Virus record (IMG/VR): IMGVR_UViG_3300010882_000007
Reading direction: 5' to 3' (one strand)
Length of the DNA stretch: 30,482 nt
Origin: a virus
A program made the position numbers and the translations under genes. The notes below the pieces were generated by a model. That model ran no database searches, was not told where the DNA came from, and saw nothing but the letters and a program-made list of their open reading frames with translations. Below, in pieces: positions 16,524 through 23,864 of this stretch; the stretch's first letter is position 1, and each line of letters begins with the position of its first letter.

Positions 16524-17588
16524 ATGAATTTTTTAAAAGGTATGAACGATGATTTTTACGAATATATGCAAGGTTTTGCAGATGGTGAAGATGTCGGTGA
16601 GGATATCGCGAGCGTTAAGGCAAGTGAGAGACAGGGCGAAACAGGAGCACCAAGCTTTGAAGTGGAACCAAGAAGCCGCCGAGCAATGCGCACTCCCGAC
16701 GAACGCAGAGAAATAGGGACAGCGGTAGGCTCAGGCTTGTCGTCGTTAATTATGGGCTTCGGCGACGCATTTAACGCGCTCCACAACGACAATGCACAGT
16801 TTGATATGGGCAAATATGACAATATGCGTCAACAGTGGAAAGATGTAGGCGCACTTCGGGAGATAGACGCAAATGACTTGCAAGGCGAAGAGGATGAGCG
16901 TGTTAGCGCGGCTACTGCGGCAAATCCGCATTATCAAAATCTGCGCAATTTGGCTCAGCAAAGGCTCGACAATGCGGCAAGAAGCCAAGCGCGGGATGAT
17001 AAAATGCAAATGCACAGTGAGAATTTAGAGGCTATGCAGGGAGCGAGAGAGGCGGGGGAGAGGCAGGCAGAAGAAGACAAAATAAACGATTTAACGCTAC
17101 GAGTGGCAAACGCCCAATTACACGGTTTAACCCTTGAGCAGGCAATAGACAGGATGGTTCCAGCAAATATGCGAGAAATTATTTTAGAAAAAATGAAAGT
17201 CGCAGGGGCAGGAGCGGGGCTTTCTCAGCGAGAAAAAGACGAACAAGAATTAAGAGATTTGCAATTAGAACAACAAAGAAACGCGGCAAGAAGTAGAACA
17301 GGTTTACGAACTCCTGAAGCTGTAAGGGCGAACGTTGCGCGATATTTCGGGCAAAATATGTTTTCTTTGGGCGGCATACCTGAAAATAACAGAATGGCAG
17401 AAAGTGAAAAAGTTTTTGACTATATGATTAATAATAATTCAGAGTTTAGAGAGCTTGCAAATAGAATGCGAAATATAGAAGAAATGAATAACAGACCAGA
17501 CGAAAGAAACGCAATTATTCGCAGAATGAGAAGTCTTGTTGTTGAAAGCGAACTATATGACCAAAATAGAGCAAAATTCAACATTTAA
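16524..17588 (+). CDS. Hypothetical charged, coiled-coil-like protein
   Basis: 354-aa ORF with an AGGGGA RBS. Rich in E/R/Q/A. No family recognised. Confidence 0.8.
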   Translation: MNFLKGMNDDFYEYMQGFADGEDVGEDIASVKASERQGETGAPSFEVEPRSRRAMRTPDERREIGTAVGSGLSSLIMGFGDAFNALHNDNAQFDMGKYDNMRQQWKDVGALREIDANDLQGEEDERVSAATAANPHYQNLRNLAQQRLDNAARSQARDDKMQMHSENLEAMQGAREAGERQAEEDKINDLTLRVANAQLHGLTLEQAIDRMVPANMREIILEKMKVAGAGAGLSQREKDEQELRDLQLEQQRNAARSRTGLRTPEAVRANVARYFGQNMFSLGGIPENNRMAESEKVFDYMINNNSEFRELANRMRNIEEMNNRPDERNAIIRRMRSLVVESELYDQNRAKFNI

Positions 17589-17602
17589 AAAGGGGAAAGA
17601 TT

Positions 17603-17935
17603 ATGACGATAAAGGAAATTGTCAAAGCAGAAAAAAACACAAGAGAGATGTTTAGTAAGAGGTATAATAAAAAACATAAAGGTGTATCTGTGTTAGACAT
17701 ACCTAAATACACTGATTTGCTTAACTCAAAGCCACAAGCGCCAACAAGGCGGGTTTATTTTGCTTATAACGCAAAAGAAAAAACTTTATCAATATACGAC
17801 AGCGACGACAATGAAGTATGTTTTTTCCCTATTCACCATAGAGTAATTGAAGAAATGATAGAGGCTGATAATATGTTAGATTTTCTAAAAAAAAGAATAA
17901 TCCCTTATTGCGATTATGCACCAATGAAAATTTAA
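17603..17935 (+). CDS. Hypothetical protein
   Basis: 110-aa ORF with AAGGGGAAAG upstream. Last gene of the rightward arm; its end overlaps a convergent gene by 4 nt. Confidence 0.75.
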   Translation: MTIKEIVKAEKNTREMFSKRYNKKHKGVSVLDIPKYTDLLNSKPQAPTRRVYFAYNAKEKTLSIYDSDDNEVCFFPIHHRVIEEMIEADNMLDFLKKRIIPYCDYAPMKI

Positions 17936-18120
17936 TCTTTTTTTCTTATAGGTCTCGGAACTTGTTTTACGCAAGTTCCGTTTTTCATAGCCTCGTATAT
18001 ATCGTTCAAAAGATAATGGATAAGCTGTTCGTCTGTTTTTACTGTTTTAATAAAATTTTGAAACATACTGCACTTTGTGTCTTTCTGTAAATCGCTGTCA
18101 AATTCAATCTTAATTTTCAT
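17932..18120 (-). CDS. Small hypothetical protein
   Basis: The ORF track gives 17932..18162. The ATG at 18120 (MKIKIEFDSDL...) has a GGGG RBS-like element 5 nt upstream and is the more likely start. Confidence 0.55.
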   Translation of the reverse strand: MKIKIEFDSDLQKDTKCSMFQNFIKTVKTDEQLIHYLLNDIYEAMKNGTCVKQVPRPIRKKD

Positions 18121-18237
18121 GTAAACCCCAATAAAAAAAGAGATACAGGACTGCCATCCCATACCTCAGAATGTTTTCAATATCTTATGGCAGTAAGATA
18201 TTAACGCTAAGAAAATAATATTTGTTATCGAAAGAAG

Positions 18238-18576
18238 TCAAGGGCAACGGCAATTTATGTTTTTGCGAATTATACTTTTTGCGTTTTCTATAATTTGCGA
18301 CACTTCTAGAGGAGATAATGATAAGCCGCCACCAAAACGATATAAGTCAAAGCCTCTTTCGCGTTCTATCCATTGAAGCCCTTTTGTTCTTAGTAAATTT
18401 CCTACATTATCTATAAAGCCTTGATTTTGCAAACCTGCCATACTTGATTTGAACATTGGCGAATCTGTAATATCGTCATTAAAGTCAAAGTTTACCCATT
18501 CTGTTTGCCCGAACGTAAAAGACGATAAAATTATAATTAGTGCAATACTTCTCAAAACATCTCCTCCTCTCTCCAT
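18238..18576 (-). CDS. Hypothetical secreted protein (signal-peptide-like N-terminus)
   Basis: 112 aa. LRSIALIIILSSFTFGQ resembles a cleavable signal peptide. Overlaps the upstream gene by 25 nt. Confidence 0.65.
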   Translation of the reverse strand: MERGGDVLRSIALIIILSSFTFGQTEWVNFDFNDDITDSPMFKSSMAGLQNQGFIDNVGNLLRTKGLQWIERERGFDLYRFGGGLSLSPLEVSQIIENAKSIIRKNINCRCP

Positions 18577-18983
18577 TTATCCAAAGCGGCATTTGCGATA
18601 TTTGCCGCTTTTTGTGCAATTTCTTTTATATCTTCAATGTTTTTAGTGTCGTTGTTTTTCAATAGGTCAATGGCTGTAATTTCTGCAAGTGTGCAAATTG
18701 CCAATTCATAATCAGATATGCCGTCCCTGACTTTCTTACTGTTTGCTCCCTCATATTCTCTTGACGTTTTACCAAGCCATATTTTATACATCTCGTTAAT
18801 TACTACGCCTACCTGCGCACCTGTTAAGCCTCTTGAGCTTAATTCGTCGCCAAGTAATTTATATATGTCTGTATTGTATTGTCTCAATAATTCCCGAAAA
18901 CTCTTTTTGTTGCCATCTAATAGTTTTATGCTTAATAGTAATTCTTTTCCTTGTTCAATAGTAATGGAACTTTCCATAAACAC
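18552..18983 (-). CDS. Hypothetical protein
   Basis: 143-aa ORF with GGGGAGGG 5 nt upstream of the ATG. Confidence 0.8.
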   Translation of the reverse strand: MFMESSITIEQGKELLLSIKLLDGNKKSFRELLRQYNTDIYKLLGDELSSRGLTGAQVGVVINEMYKIWLGKTSREYEGANSKKVRDGISDYELAICTLAEITAIDLLKNNDTKNIEDIKEIAQKAANIANAALDKWREEEMF

Positions 18984-19001
18984 CCTCCCCTGCTTTCCTT
19001 T

Positions 19002-19574
19002 TTAGTTTAGATTTTTTCTTTGCTGTTCTTGCCAGCGTTGCCTTAACTCTTCTTGCTCTCTTCTGTGTTCCGCTTGTCTTTGAGCCTCGGCGGGAGAAGT
19101 TGTAATTTCCACATCTCTATGTTGTAGTTGTTGCTGAAGTTGCCTATGTCGTATATCGCTTTCTCTGAGCTCGCTTTGTCGCATTACTTGGGACTGCCGC
19201 GCTGTTCGATTTCGATTTCTACCACCAAAAAGAAAGTCGTGCCTAACTTCCCATCGCGCCCTTTCATATACAGCCGTTCGTACCGCCGCCGAATATGTCA
19301 TAACACTCGCCCCCGTTGCAAATGCCGCCCCTGTTATCAGTAGTCCAGCCTCGCCCTCAGAAACACCGATAAATATTCCGCCGACAAAAGCCGATAAAAT
19401 CGCCCCAGCCCACAACCCGTTTTTTTCCCGCCGCAACTCCTCTAATCGAATATCATTTATATTTGTTATTCGTTGCGGAGATACGCCCACATTAGCAAAA
19501 TCTTCAAGTGTAAACACTGTATTTGCATAAGATACAGCGACAAAAAATAAAATAAAAATAAGCGAATTTCTCAA
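19002..19574 (-). CDS. Hypothetical membrane protein with a signal/TM N-terminus, two central TM segments and an R/Q/E-rich C-terminal tail
   Basis: TTG start with GGGAGG 8 nt upstream. Sequence features: SLIFILFFVAVSYA, GAILSAFVGGIFIGV, LLITGAAFATGASV, then ...RHRQLQQQLQHRDVE...EQEELRQRWQEQQRK. Confidence 0.75.
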   Translation of the reverse strand: MRNSLIFILFFVAVSYANTVFTLEDFANVGVSPQRITNINDIRLEELRREKNGLWAGAILSAFVGGIFIGVSEGEAGLLITGAAFATGASVMTYSAAVRTAVYERARWEVRHDFLFGGRNRNRTARQSQVMRQSELRESDIRHRQLQQQLQHRDVEITTSPAEAQRQAEHRREQEELRQRWQEQQRKNLN

Positions 19575-19651
19575 AGCTCAGACCTCCCATAAAATTAAAA
19601 GTTATTTACAGGGAGATAAAAACGGGTTGCCCTGCCTGTAAAATTCTCAGT

Positions 19652-19809
19652 TCTCTACTCTGATGAATTTTTTTTATCCCGTATTTGATTTTTTTATCGT
19701 TAAATTATGGATTGGCAGAACAACACAGTCGGCGTTTACCAATATTTACACGATAACATAATGCAAAGAACAAGATAAAAGCGGAATATTCCACCTCATC
19801 AGAGTAGAG
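19652..19809. repeat. Perfect 14-bp inverted repeat (ctctactctgatga / tcatcagagtagag) flanking a 130-bp A/T-rich segment
   Basis: Arms at 19652..19665 and 19796..19809, inside the 355-bp divergent intergenic region between 19574 and 19930. Confidence 0.9.
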
Positions 19810-19929
19810 GCTTGTAAAATAATTTATGGGAAATTTACAAGTCAAGCCAAAAAGTGAAATTGACAAAAATAATACTTGACACAAGAAAATGCCATAATGT
19901 ATTTTAAGATTAAACTCGGGAGGTGTAGT

Positions 19930-20082
19930 ATGATAGGTTATTTATTAACAGCCTCAATATGGCAAGATTTAGAGGGCGGAGCAAAAGAAAGCCGCTTTGA
20001 TAAGCTTATAGTTCCTGTTTTGGTCTCATTACTCGCTATAGGTTATATGGCGTTAACAGTTATAAGCCCTCAAGGATTATAG
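19930..20082 (+). CDS. Small membrane protein (50 aa)
   Basis: GGGAGGTG 5 nt upstream of the ATG at 19930 (MIGYLLTASIW...VPVLVSLLAIGYMALTV). The track's TTG start at 19876 lacks an RBS. Confidence 0.65.
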   Translation: MIGYLLTASIWQDLEGGAKESRFDKLIVPVLVSLLAIGYMALTVISPQGL

Positions 20083-20083
20083 T

Positions 20084-20281
20084 ATGGAATTAGCGGGATT
20101 GTATTTATTTTTAGCTTCGATGATTAGCTCAGCCTGCAAAACAGTTTGGGGCAAAAGAATTTGGATGACTGCTTGTATTGTAATATCATTGACTACAATT
20201 TCTATATTTTTGTGGGCGTTTATATCAGTGTTTATATCAGCAATACCTGTATTATTCCCTAATTCATATTGGGCGCAATAA
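20084..20281 (+). CDS. Small two-TM membrane protein (65 aa); holin-like or superinfection-exclusion-like
   Basis: LYLFLASMISSA and CIVISLTTISIFLWAFISVFISAIPVLF hydrophobic helices. It starts 1 nt after the previous stop. Function is speculative. Confidence 0.65.
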   Translation: MELAGLYLFLASMISSACKTVWGKRIWMTACIVISLTTISIFLWAFISVFISAIPVLFPNSYWAQ

Positions 20282-20285
20282 TTGT

Positions 20286-21695
20286 TTAATCATCGAAATC
20301 AAAGTCTCCCCATTGACTGTCATAGTCATCGAAATTAAAGTCTTGCCATTGAGTATTTGGCTCGCTTTTTGCAAATCTGTCTAATGTCTGATTTTTTATA
20401 TTTTGCTGTTCTTGGTTAAATCTTCCAACAGGGTCGGTAAACTCTCCAATTAGCCTATGTCTCTCAGCTTCTGAAAATGGCGCATTGTCAATAATATTTC
20501 TATGAGGCTCTGAAATATTATTCTCTATATCTTCCTCAGTCATTCCTTGCCTTGCGCCTGTTCTAATATCATTTATGCCACGATTTATAACATCTGCAAA
20601 AGCCAGCTGGTCATTGCCTCTTATAAATTTTTCAATATCTCCAGCTACCCTTTTCACGCGTTCGACTTCCGTCTCTTTTGTTGTTGGGGACATTCCAAGA
20701 ATGCTTTCAAGTCTATGTCTCCATTGCGCCAAACTACTGACTTTGCCTGAAATCCTATCTACGTCTGAAAACTTGGGCTTTTCGGGGTCAAGCCCGAGAA
20801 TTCCAGTTGCAAGGGGACTGTCTGAACCTAACTCATTGAAAACTTCGCTAACACTTCTTCCGACTGCTTGCGATACAGGAATTATAGGATTTGGGGCGAA
20901 TGAAGCAGATTGAGCGGCACCTAAAACTAAGTCTCTTAAAGAATTCCCTTTTTGCCATTCTCTGAAATTTTTCTCTAAGTCTCCCATTTGTTGGTCAAGG
21001 TCTCTTAAATCATTAGGATTTATATTTTTAGGGTCAGAGATAATTTTTCGCAAATGTTGCCTCATATCTGAAAAAGCAACGTCAGTAGCTCGTGCTTCGG
21101 CTTCGTTTCTCCTAATATTCTGTCCTACAGATTGCCCGGCTGAAATATTGGGAATAATTATGTCCATTTCGGGCATAAATGGGTTTTCTACTCGTATTTT
21201 TCCGTCGTCATCTGCTCGCTCGTGCGCTACTTTTGCGGCGGCGATATTGCTTGCTATACCTGCAGGATTTATTTGTGTTCGGGCATTTTCTAATATGTTT
21301 TTTGCCATATCTCCGCTGACTTTTCCCCATTTTCCCCTAACTAAATTTTTTGCTTGCGATAGCCCTTGCTTTGCAAATTTTAATGGAGCAACTCCAGACT
21401 TCGCCGCCAACGCAGGTAATAAAACATCATTCGTGGGATTATCCATAAACTCTATATTTTGTGCAATATCGCTTGCTACTGTGTTAGGCATAACCGATTG
21501 CACGTCTCTTGCCGCAGTTCGGATAACTTCATTTAGTCCGCTTGTCATATTTGAGGGTAAATTCATTGCAGAATTCATCAACTCGTTAGCGTGCGCCCGT
21601 AGTCCCTCTTTCGCCATTGTTCCAGCAATGCCTGCCGCTGTGCCTATTTTCTCCCTAAGGCTAATCGGTTGAATTCTGTCTGATGTATCACTCAT
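20286..21695 (-). CDS. Hypothetical protein (469 aa), probably virion-associated
   Basis: Preceded by a perfect consensus motif copy. The C-terminus carries duplicated acidic/aromatic units (QWQDFNFDDYDSQWGDFDFDD). Confidence 0.8.
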   Translation of the reverse strand: MSDTSDRIQPISLREKIGTAAGIAGTMAKEGLRAHANELMNSAMNLPSNMTSGLNEVIRTAARDVQSVMPNTVASDIAQNIEFMDNPTNDVLLPALAAKSGVAPLKFAKQGLSQAKNLVRGKWGKVSGDMAKNILENARTQINPAGIASNIAAAKVAHERADDDGKIRVENPFMPEMDIIIPNISAGQSVGQNIRRNEAEARATDVAFSDMRQHLRKIISDPKNINPNDLRDLDQQMGDLEKNFREWQKGNSLRDLVLGAAQSASFAPNPIIPVSQAVGRSVSEVFNELGSDSPLATGILGLDPEKPKFSDVDRISGKVSSLAQWRHRLESILGMSPTTKETEVERVKRVAGDIEKFIRGNDQLAFADVINRGINDIRTGARQGMTEEDIENNISEPHRNIIDNAPFSEAERHRLIGEFTDPVGRFNQEQQNIKNQTLDRFAKSEPNTQWQDFNFDDYDSQWGDFDFDD

Positions 21696-21721
21696 TTATA
21701 CCTCCTACAAATATTTACAAT
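21696..21721 (-). promoter_or_regulatory. Conserved upstream motif copy (consensus form)
   Basis: The minus strand reads aTTGTAAATATTTGTAGGAGGTATAA, then ATG at 21695. Identical to 11528..11553. Confidence 0.65.
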
Positions 21722-21888
21722 CATATAAAAAATATTCAAAATATTCAATTTTGTCAATTTCACTTTTTAAAAAAAAAAGAAAAATTTACAAAATAATTTG
21801 AAAGTTCATTTAAAAACAAGGTATTCCGAGTTAAGAAAAAGGCTAAAATTACGCTAAAATCACACTTGTTTTTAAGAAAAAAAAGATA

Positions 21889-21909
21889 CGTTGTAAATAC
21901 TTATGGGGG
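21889..21909 (+). promoter_or_regulatory. Orphan, degenerate copy of the conserved motif with no gene downstream
   Basis: gTTGTAAATAcTTaTgGGgGG is followed by G6-aca-G7, then AAGGAG and ATG-TTT-TAA (a 2-codon ORF). The next roughly 230 nt lack a credible ORF and end at a convergent gene. Confidence 0.4.
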
Positions 21910-22007
21910 GACAGGGGGGGAAGGAGATGTTTTAAATTCAGTACAATGGTTATATAGGGACGAGGAGCGAAGCGACGATGTTCCTATTGCGACCGAAGGG
22001 AGTGAAA

Positions 22008-22110
22008 AAAAATTGCCACAAAAAAAATTTTTCAACTTAAATAACGTATCCACCGTAGCGGAGGAACGGAGCGTATCGGTTAGATAGTGGTTTTTCTTGT
22101 GGCAATTTTT
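22008..22110. repeat. 20-bp inverted repeat (19/20 match) with a 63-nt spacer
   Basis: aaaaattgccacaaaaaaaa (22008..22027) against tttttcttgtggcaatttt(t) (22091..22110). The core ATTGCCACAA/TTGTGGCAAT is perfect. Confidence 0.85.
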
Positions 22111-22127
22111 GGCTGTACTTAACTTAT

Positions 22128-22150
22128 AAAAAAGCTGGCTGAGCCCAAGC
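22128..22150 (-). terminator. Weak candidate intrinsic terminator after the KTSC gene
   Basis: The minus strand reads gcttgggctcagccagc (5-bp stem with one bulge) followed by TTTTTT. The stem is marginal. Confidence 0.3.
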
Positions 22151-22156
22151 CGCCCC

Positions 22157-22567
22157 TTACCTAAAAATAAATTTTGGTCTTATAAAACGTGCAAAATAGC
22201 TTCCCATTGACGGAGCATACGCCCATTGTTTTAACACGTTAAGATTTATATTGTCATAGTCGTATGTCTCGCCGCTTGGGAATGTAATTGTTATTATCTG
22301 GTCTTTTGCGTCATAGCTTACCGCTTCAATTACACTACTTGGTCTCTCTGTCATAAATCTTGCCAAACGGTCGCCCTCGCGTTGCATTTGCTGAGCGCGT
22401 GTGCCTTGTCCGTCAAGTTCCGCTTTCCCGACATTTGTATGCGTTAAAAGTCTTCCTTGTCCTCCTGTGGCTGTATAATTACCTTCTGTTTGCCAAATTG
22501 TTCCACTTTGTCGTCGGACACGGGAAAATTGACCTATTGCTTGGCGAGCAACTTTTTTTAATATCAT
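22157..22567 (-). CDS. KTSC-domain protein
   Basis: C-terminal IEAVSYDAKDQIITITFPSGETYDYDNINLNVLKQWAYAPSMGSYFARFIRPKF fits the KTSC pattern (Y-D...L.V.F..G..Y.Y..V....A.S.G.YF...IR). Preceded by a motif copy. Confidence 0.65.
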   Translation of the reverse strand: MILKKVARQAIGQFSRVRRQSGTIWQTEGNYTATGGQGRLLTHTNVGKAELDGQGTRAQQMQREGDRLARFMTERPSSVIEAVSYDAKDQIITITFPSGETYDYDNINLNVLKQWAYAPSMGSYFARFIRPKFIFR

Positions 22568-22591
22568 TTATACCTCCTACTAATATTTACG
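22568..22591 (-). promoter_or_regulatory. Conserved upstream motif copy
   Basis: The minus strand reads cGTAAATATTaGTAGGAGGTATAA, then ATG at 22567. It sits back to back with the plus-strand copy at 22609. Confidence 0.6.
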
Positions 22592-22608
22592 GTTTTCTTT
22601 GAAATGTC

Positions 22609-22625
22609 TTTGTAAATATTTATAG
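22609..22625 (+). promoter_or_regulatory. Conserved motif copy (5-prime half only), 27 nt upstream of the scaffold-like gene
   Basis: tTTGTAAATATTTaTAG, then a separate AAGGAG RBS before the GTG at 22652. Here the TGTAAATATTT part is uncoupled from the RBS. Confidence 0.5.
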
Positions 22626-22651
22626 CACAGGTAAACAGGAAAGGAGACACT

Positions 22652-23557
22652 GTGGAAATTGAAAAAAAGATAATCGACGAGGACGCAGGAACAATCACCG
22701 AGATTGAGATTGAGCCCATCGCAGACCAAGGCGAAAACGCAAACGACGTTGCCGCTGTGAAAGAAGACTTAAAAGAAGTCTTTGCAGATGTTAAAGAAGC
22801 CGAAGCGGCAAAAGAAGCAGGAGACGTTCAGGGAGCGGCAGAGAAAGAAGCCGAAGCCGAAGCGGCGGCGGATGTAATTACTCGGAAATACTCCGAGGAC
22901 GAAGTGGCAGAAGCACTACAACAAATCGAAGAAAGCGGATATTTGGGAAAACTTTTCGGCGCAATGAGACGAGGAGACGAGCCAAAAAGCTACGAGGTGT
23001 CGGAAGACGACATTTCGGCAGTAGTTGACGCCGTGCAATCTTCAAACGGTGAGGCACTTGTTGACGCGCTACAAGATATATGTCGCAAGTCGGCGGACTA
23101 TCCCGCAATCGACATCGTTTCAGGCTTCATTCGAGCGGATAATACACGCCAGCAGAAGCGCAAACTTAAAAAACTGCTTAAAAGTATGGAATTGACGGGA
23201 GACATCGGATACGAGCTTACCGACGACGACGACATTGAGCAGATTGACAGCGAAGACTTTAAGAAGTCCAAATACGGTGAAGTGTTGAGCAAACTTGCCA
23301 AAAAAGGCATTCGTTCGCTCGACCAGTTGGATTTTGGCAAAGACATAATTAAGCAAATGCTCAACGAGGGACTTGTGCCGAAAGACGCGAAAGAGGTCAA
23401 GGTGATTAAAGCCGCGCCTGCAAGCACTGCAAGTGTAAGCCTCGGCGGCGAAAGCATTGACGACAGGGAAACGTTGGCGCGTAAAATGGCGGACGCGATT
23501 AAAAGCTCCGACAAATCAGAATACGCAAGACTTAAAAAGTTATACATAGGAGGTTAA
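22652..23557 (+). CDS. Putative scaffolding protein
   Basis: 301 aa, highly acidic and Ala/Glu/Lys-rich (AEAAKEAGDVQGAAEKEAEAEAAAD). It lies two genes upstream of the major capsid gene. Inferred from composition and position. Confidence 0.5.
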   Translation: MEIEKKIIDEDAGTITEIEIEPIADQGENANDVAAVKEDLKEVFADVKEAEAAKEAGDVQGAAEKEAEAEAAADVITRKYSEDEVAEALQQIEESGYLGKLFGAMRRGDEPKSYEVSEDDISAVVDAVQSSNGEALVDALQDICRKSADYPAIDIVSGFIRADNTRQQKRKLKKLLKSMELTGDIGYELTDDDDIEQIDSEDFKKSKYGEVLSKLAKKGIRSLDQLDFGKDIIKQMLNEGLVPKDAKEVKVIKAAPASTASVSLGGESIDDRETLARKMADAIKSSDKSEYARLKKLYIGG

Positions 23558-23558
23558 A

Positions 23559-23837
23559 GTGTCAAAGATGGTATTTGACAGAACTGTTATCACAAATACT
23601 TACGCATATTTTGCAGATACAGAATACGACAGAGACGAGCAAGTTGTCGTATTTGCGAAGAAAAGAGGCGTAAATGTCAGTGATAAAAAAGCGAGCGGCG
23701 CAGATGTTAAGCCAATACCTGCCGCACCGCCGAGAAGCCCGAGAAATAACGTCAGACGAAACGAAAGCGCGAGTAATTCGGCAGACAACGCAGTCGAAGC
23801 AAGCAACGAAAACGCAAACGAAACGTTGGACAAGTAA
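23559..23837 (+). CDS. Hypothetical protein
   Basis: 92-aa ORF with a GTG start and AGGAGG 5 nt upstream. Low-complexity, basic/Asn-rich C-terminus. Confidence 0.65.
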   Translation: MSKMVFDRTVITNTYAYFADTEYDRDEQVVVFAKKRGVNVSDKKASGADVKPIPAAPPRSPRNNVRRNESASNSADNAVEASNENANETLDK

Positions 23838-23864
23838 ATAATTAAAGAAAAGGAGCCTTAAAAA

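Noticed and set aside
19876-19929. The ORF-track start (TTG at 19876) for the 68-aa version of the first small membrane protein.
   Set aside because: That TTG is part of a TTGACA promoter-like hexamer and has no RBS. The ATG at 19930 has GGGAGGTG 5 nt upstream.
21904-21919. G6-aca-G7 tract considered as a G-quadruplex.
   Set aside because: Only two long G runs are present; four runs of three or more Gs with loops cannot be drawn convincingly. It is noted only as an unusual homopolymer pair that could be slippage-prone.
21866-22087. 73-aa plus-strand ORF in the noncoding island.
   Set aside because: It has a non-ATG start with no RBS. Its composition is odd (the GGTGGEG stretch derives from the G6/G7 tracts), and it runs through the inverted repeat. 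More likely noncoding, though proteomics could overturn this.
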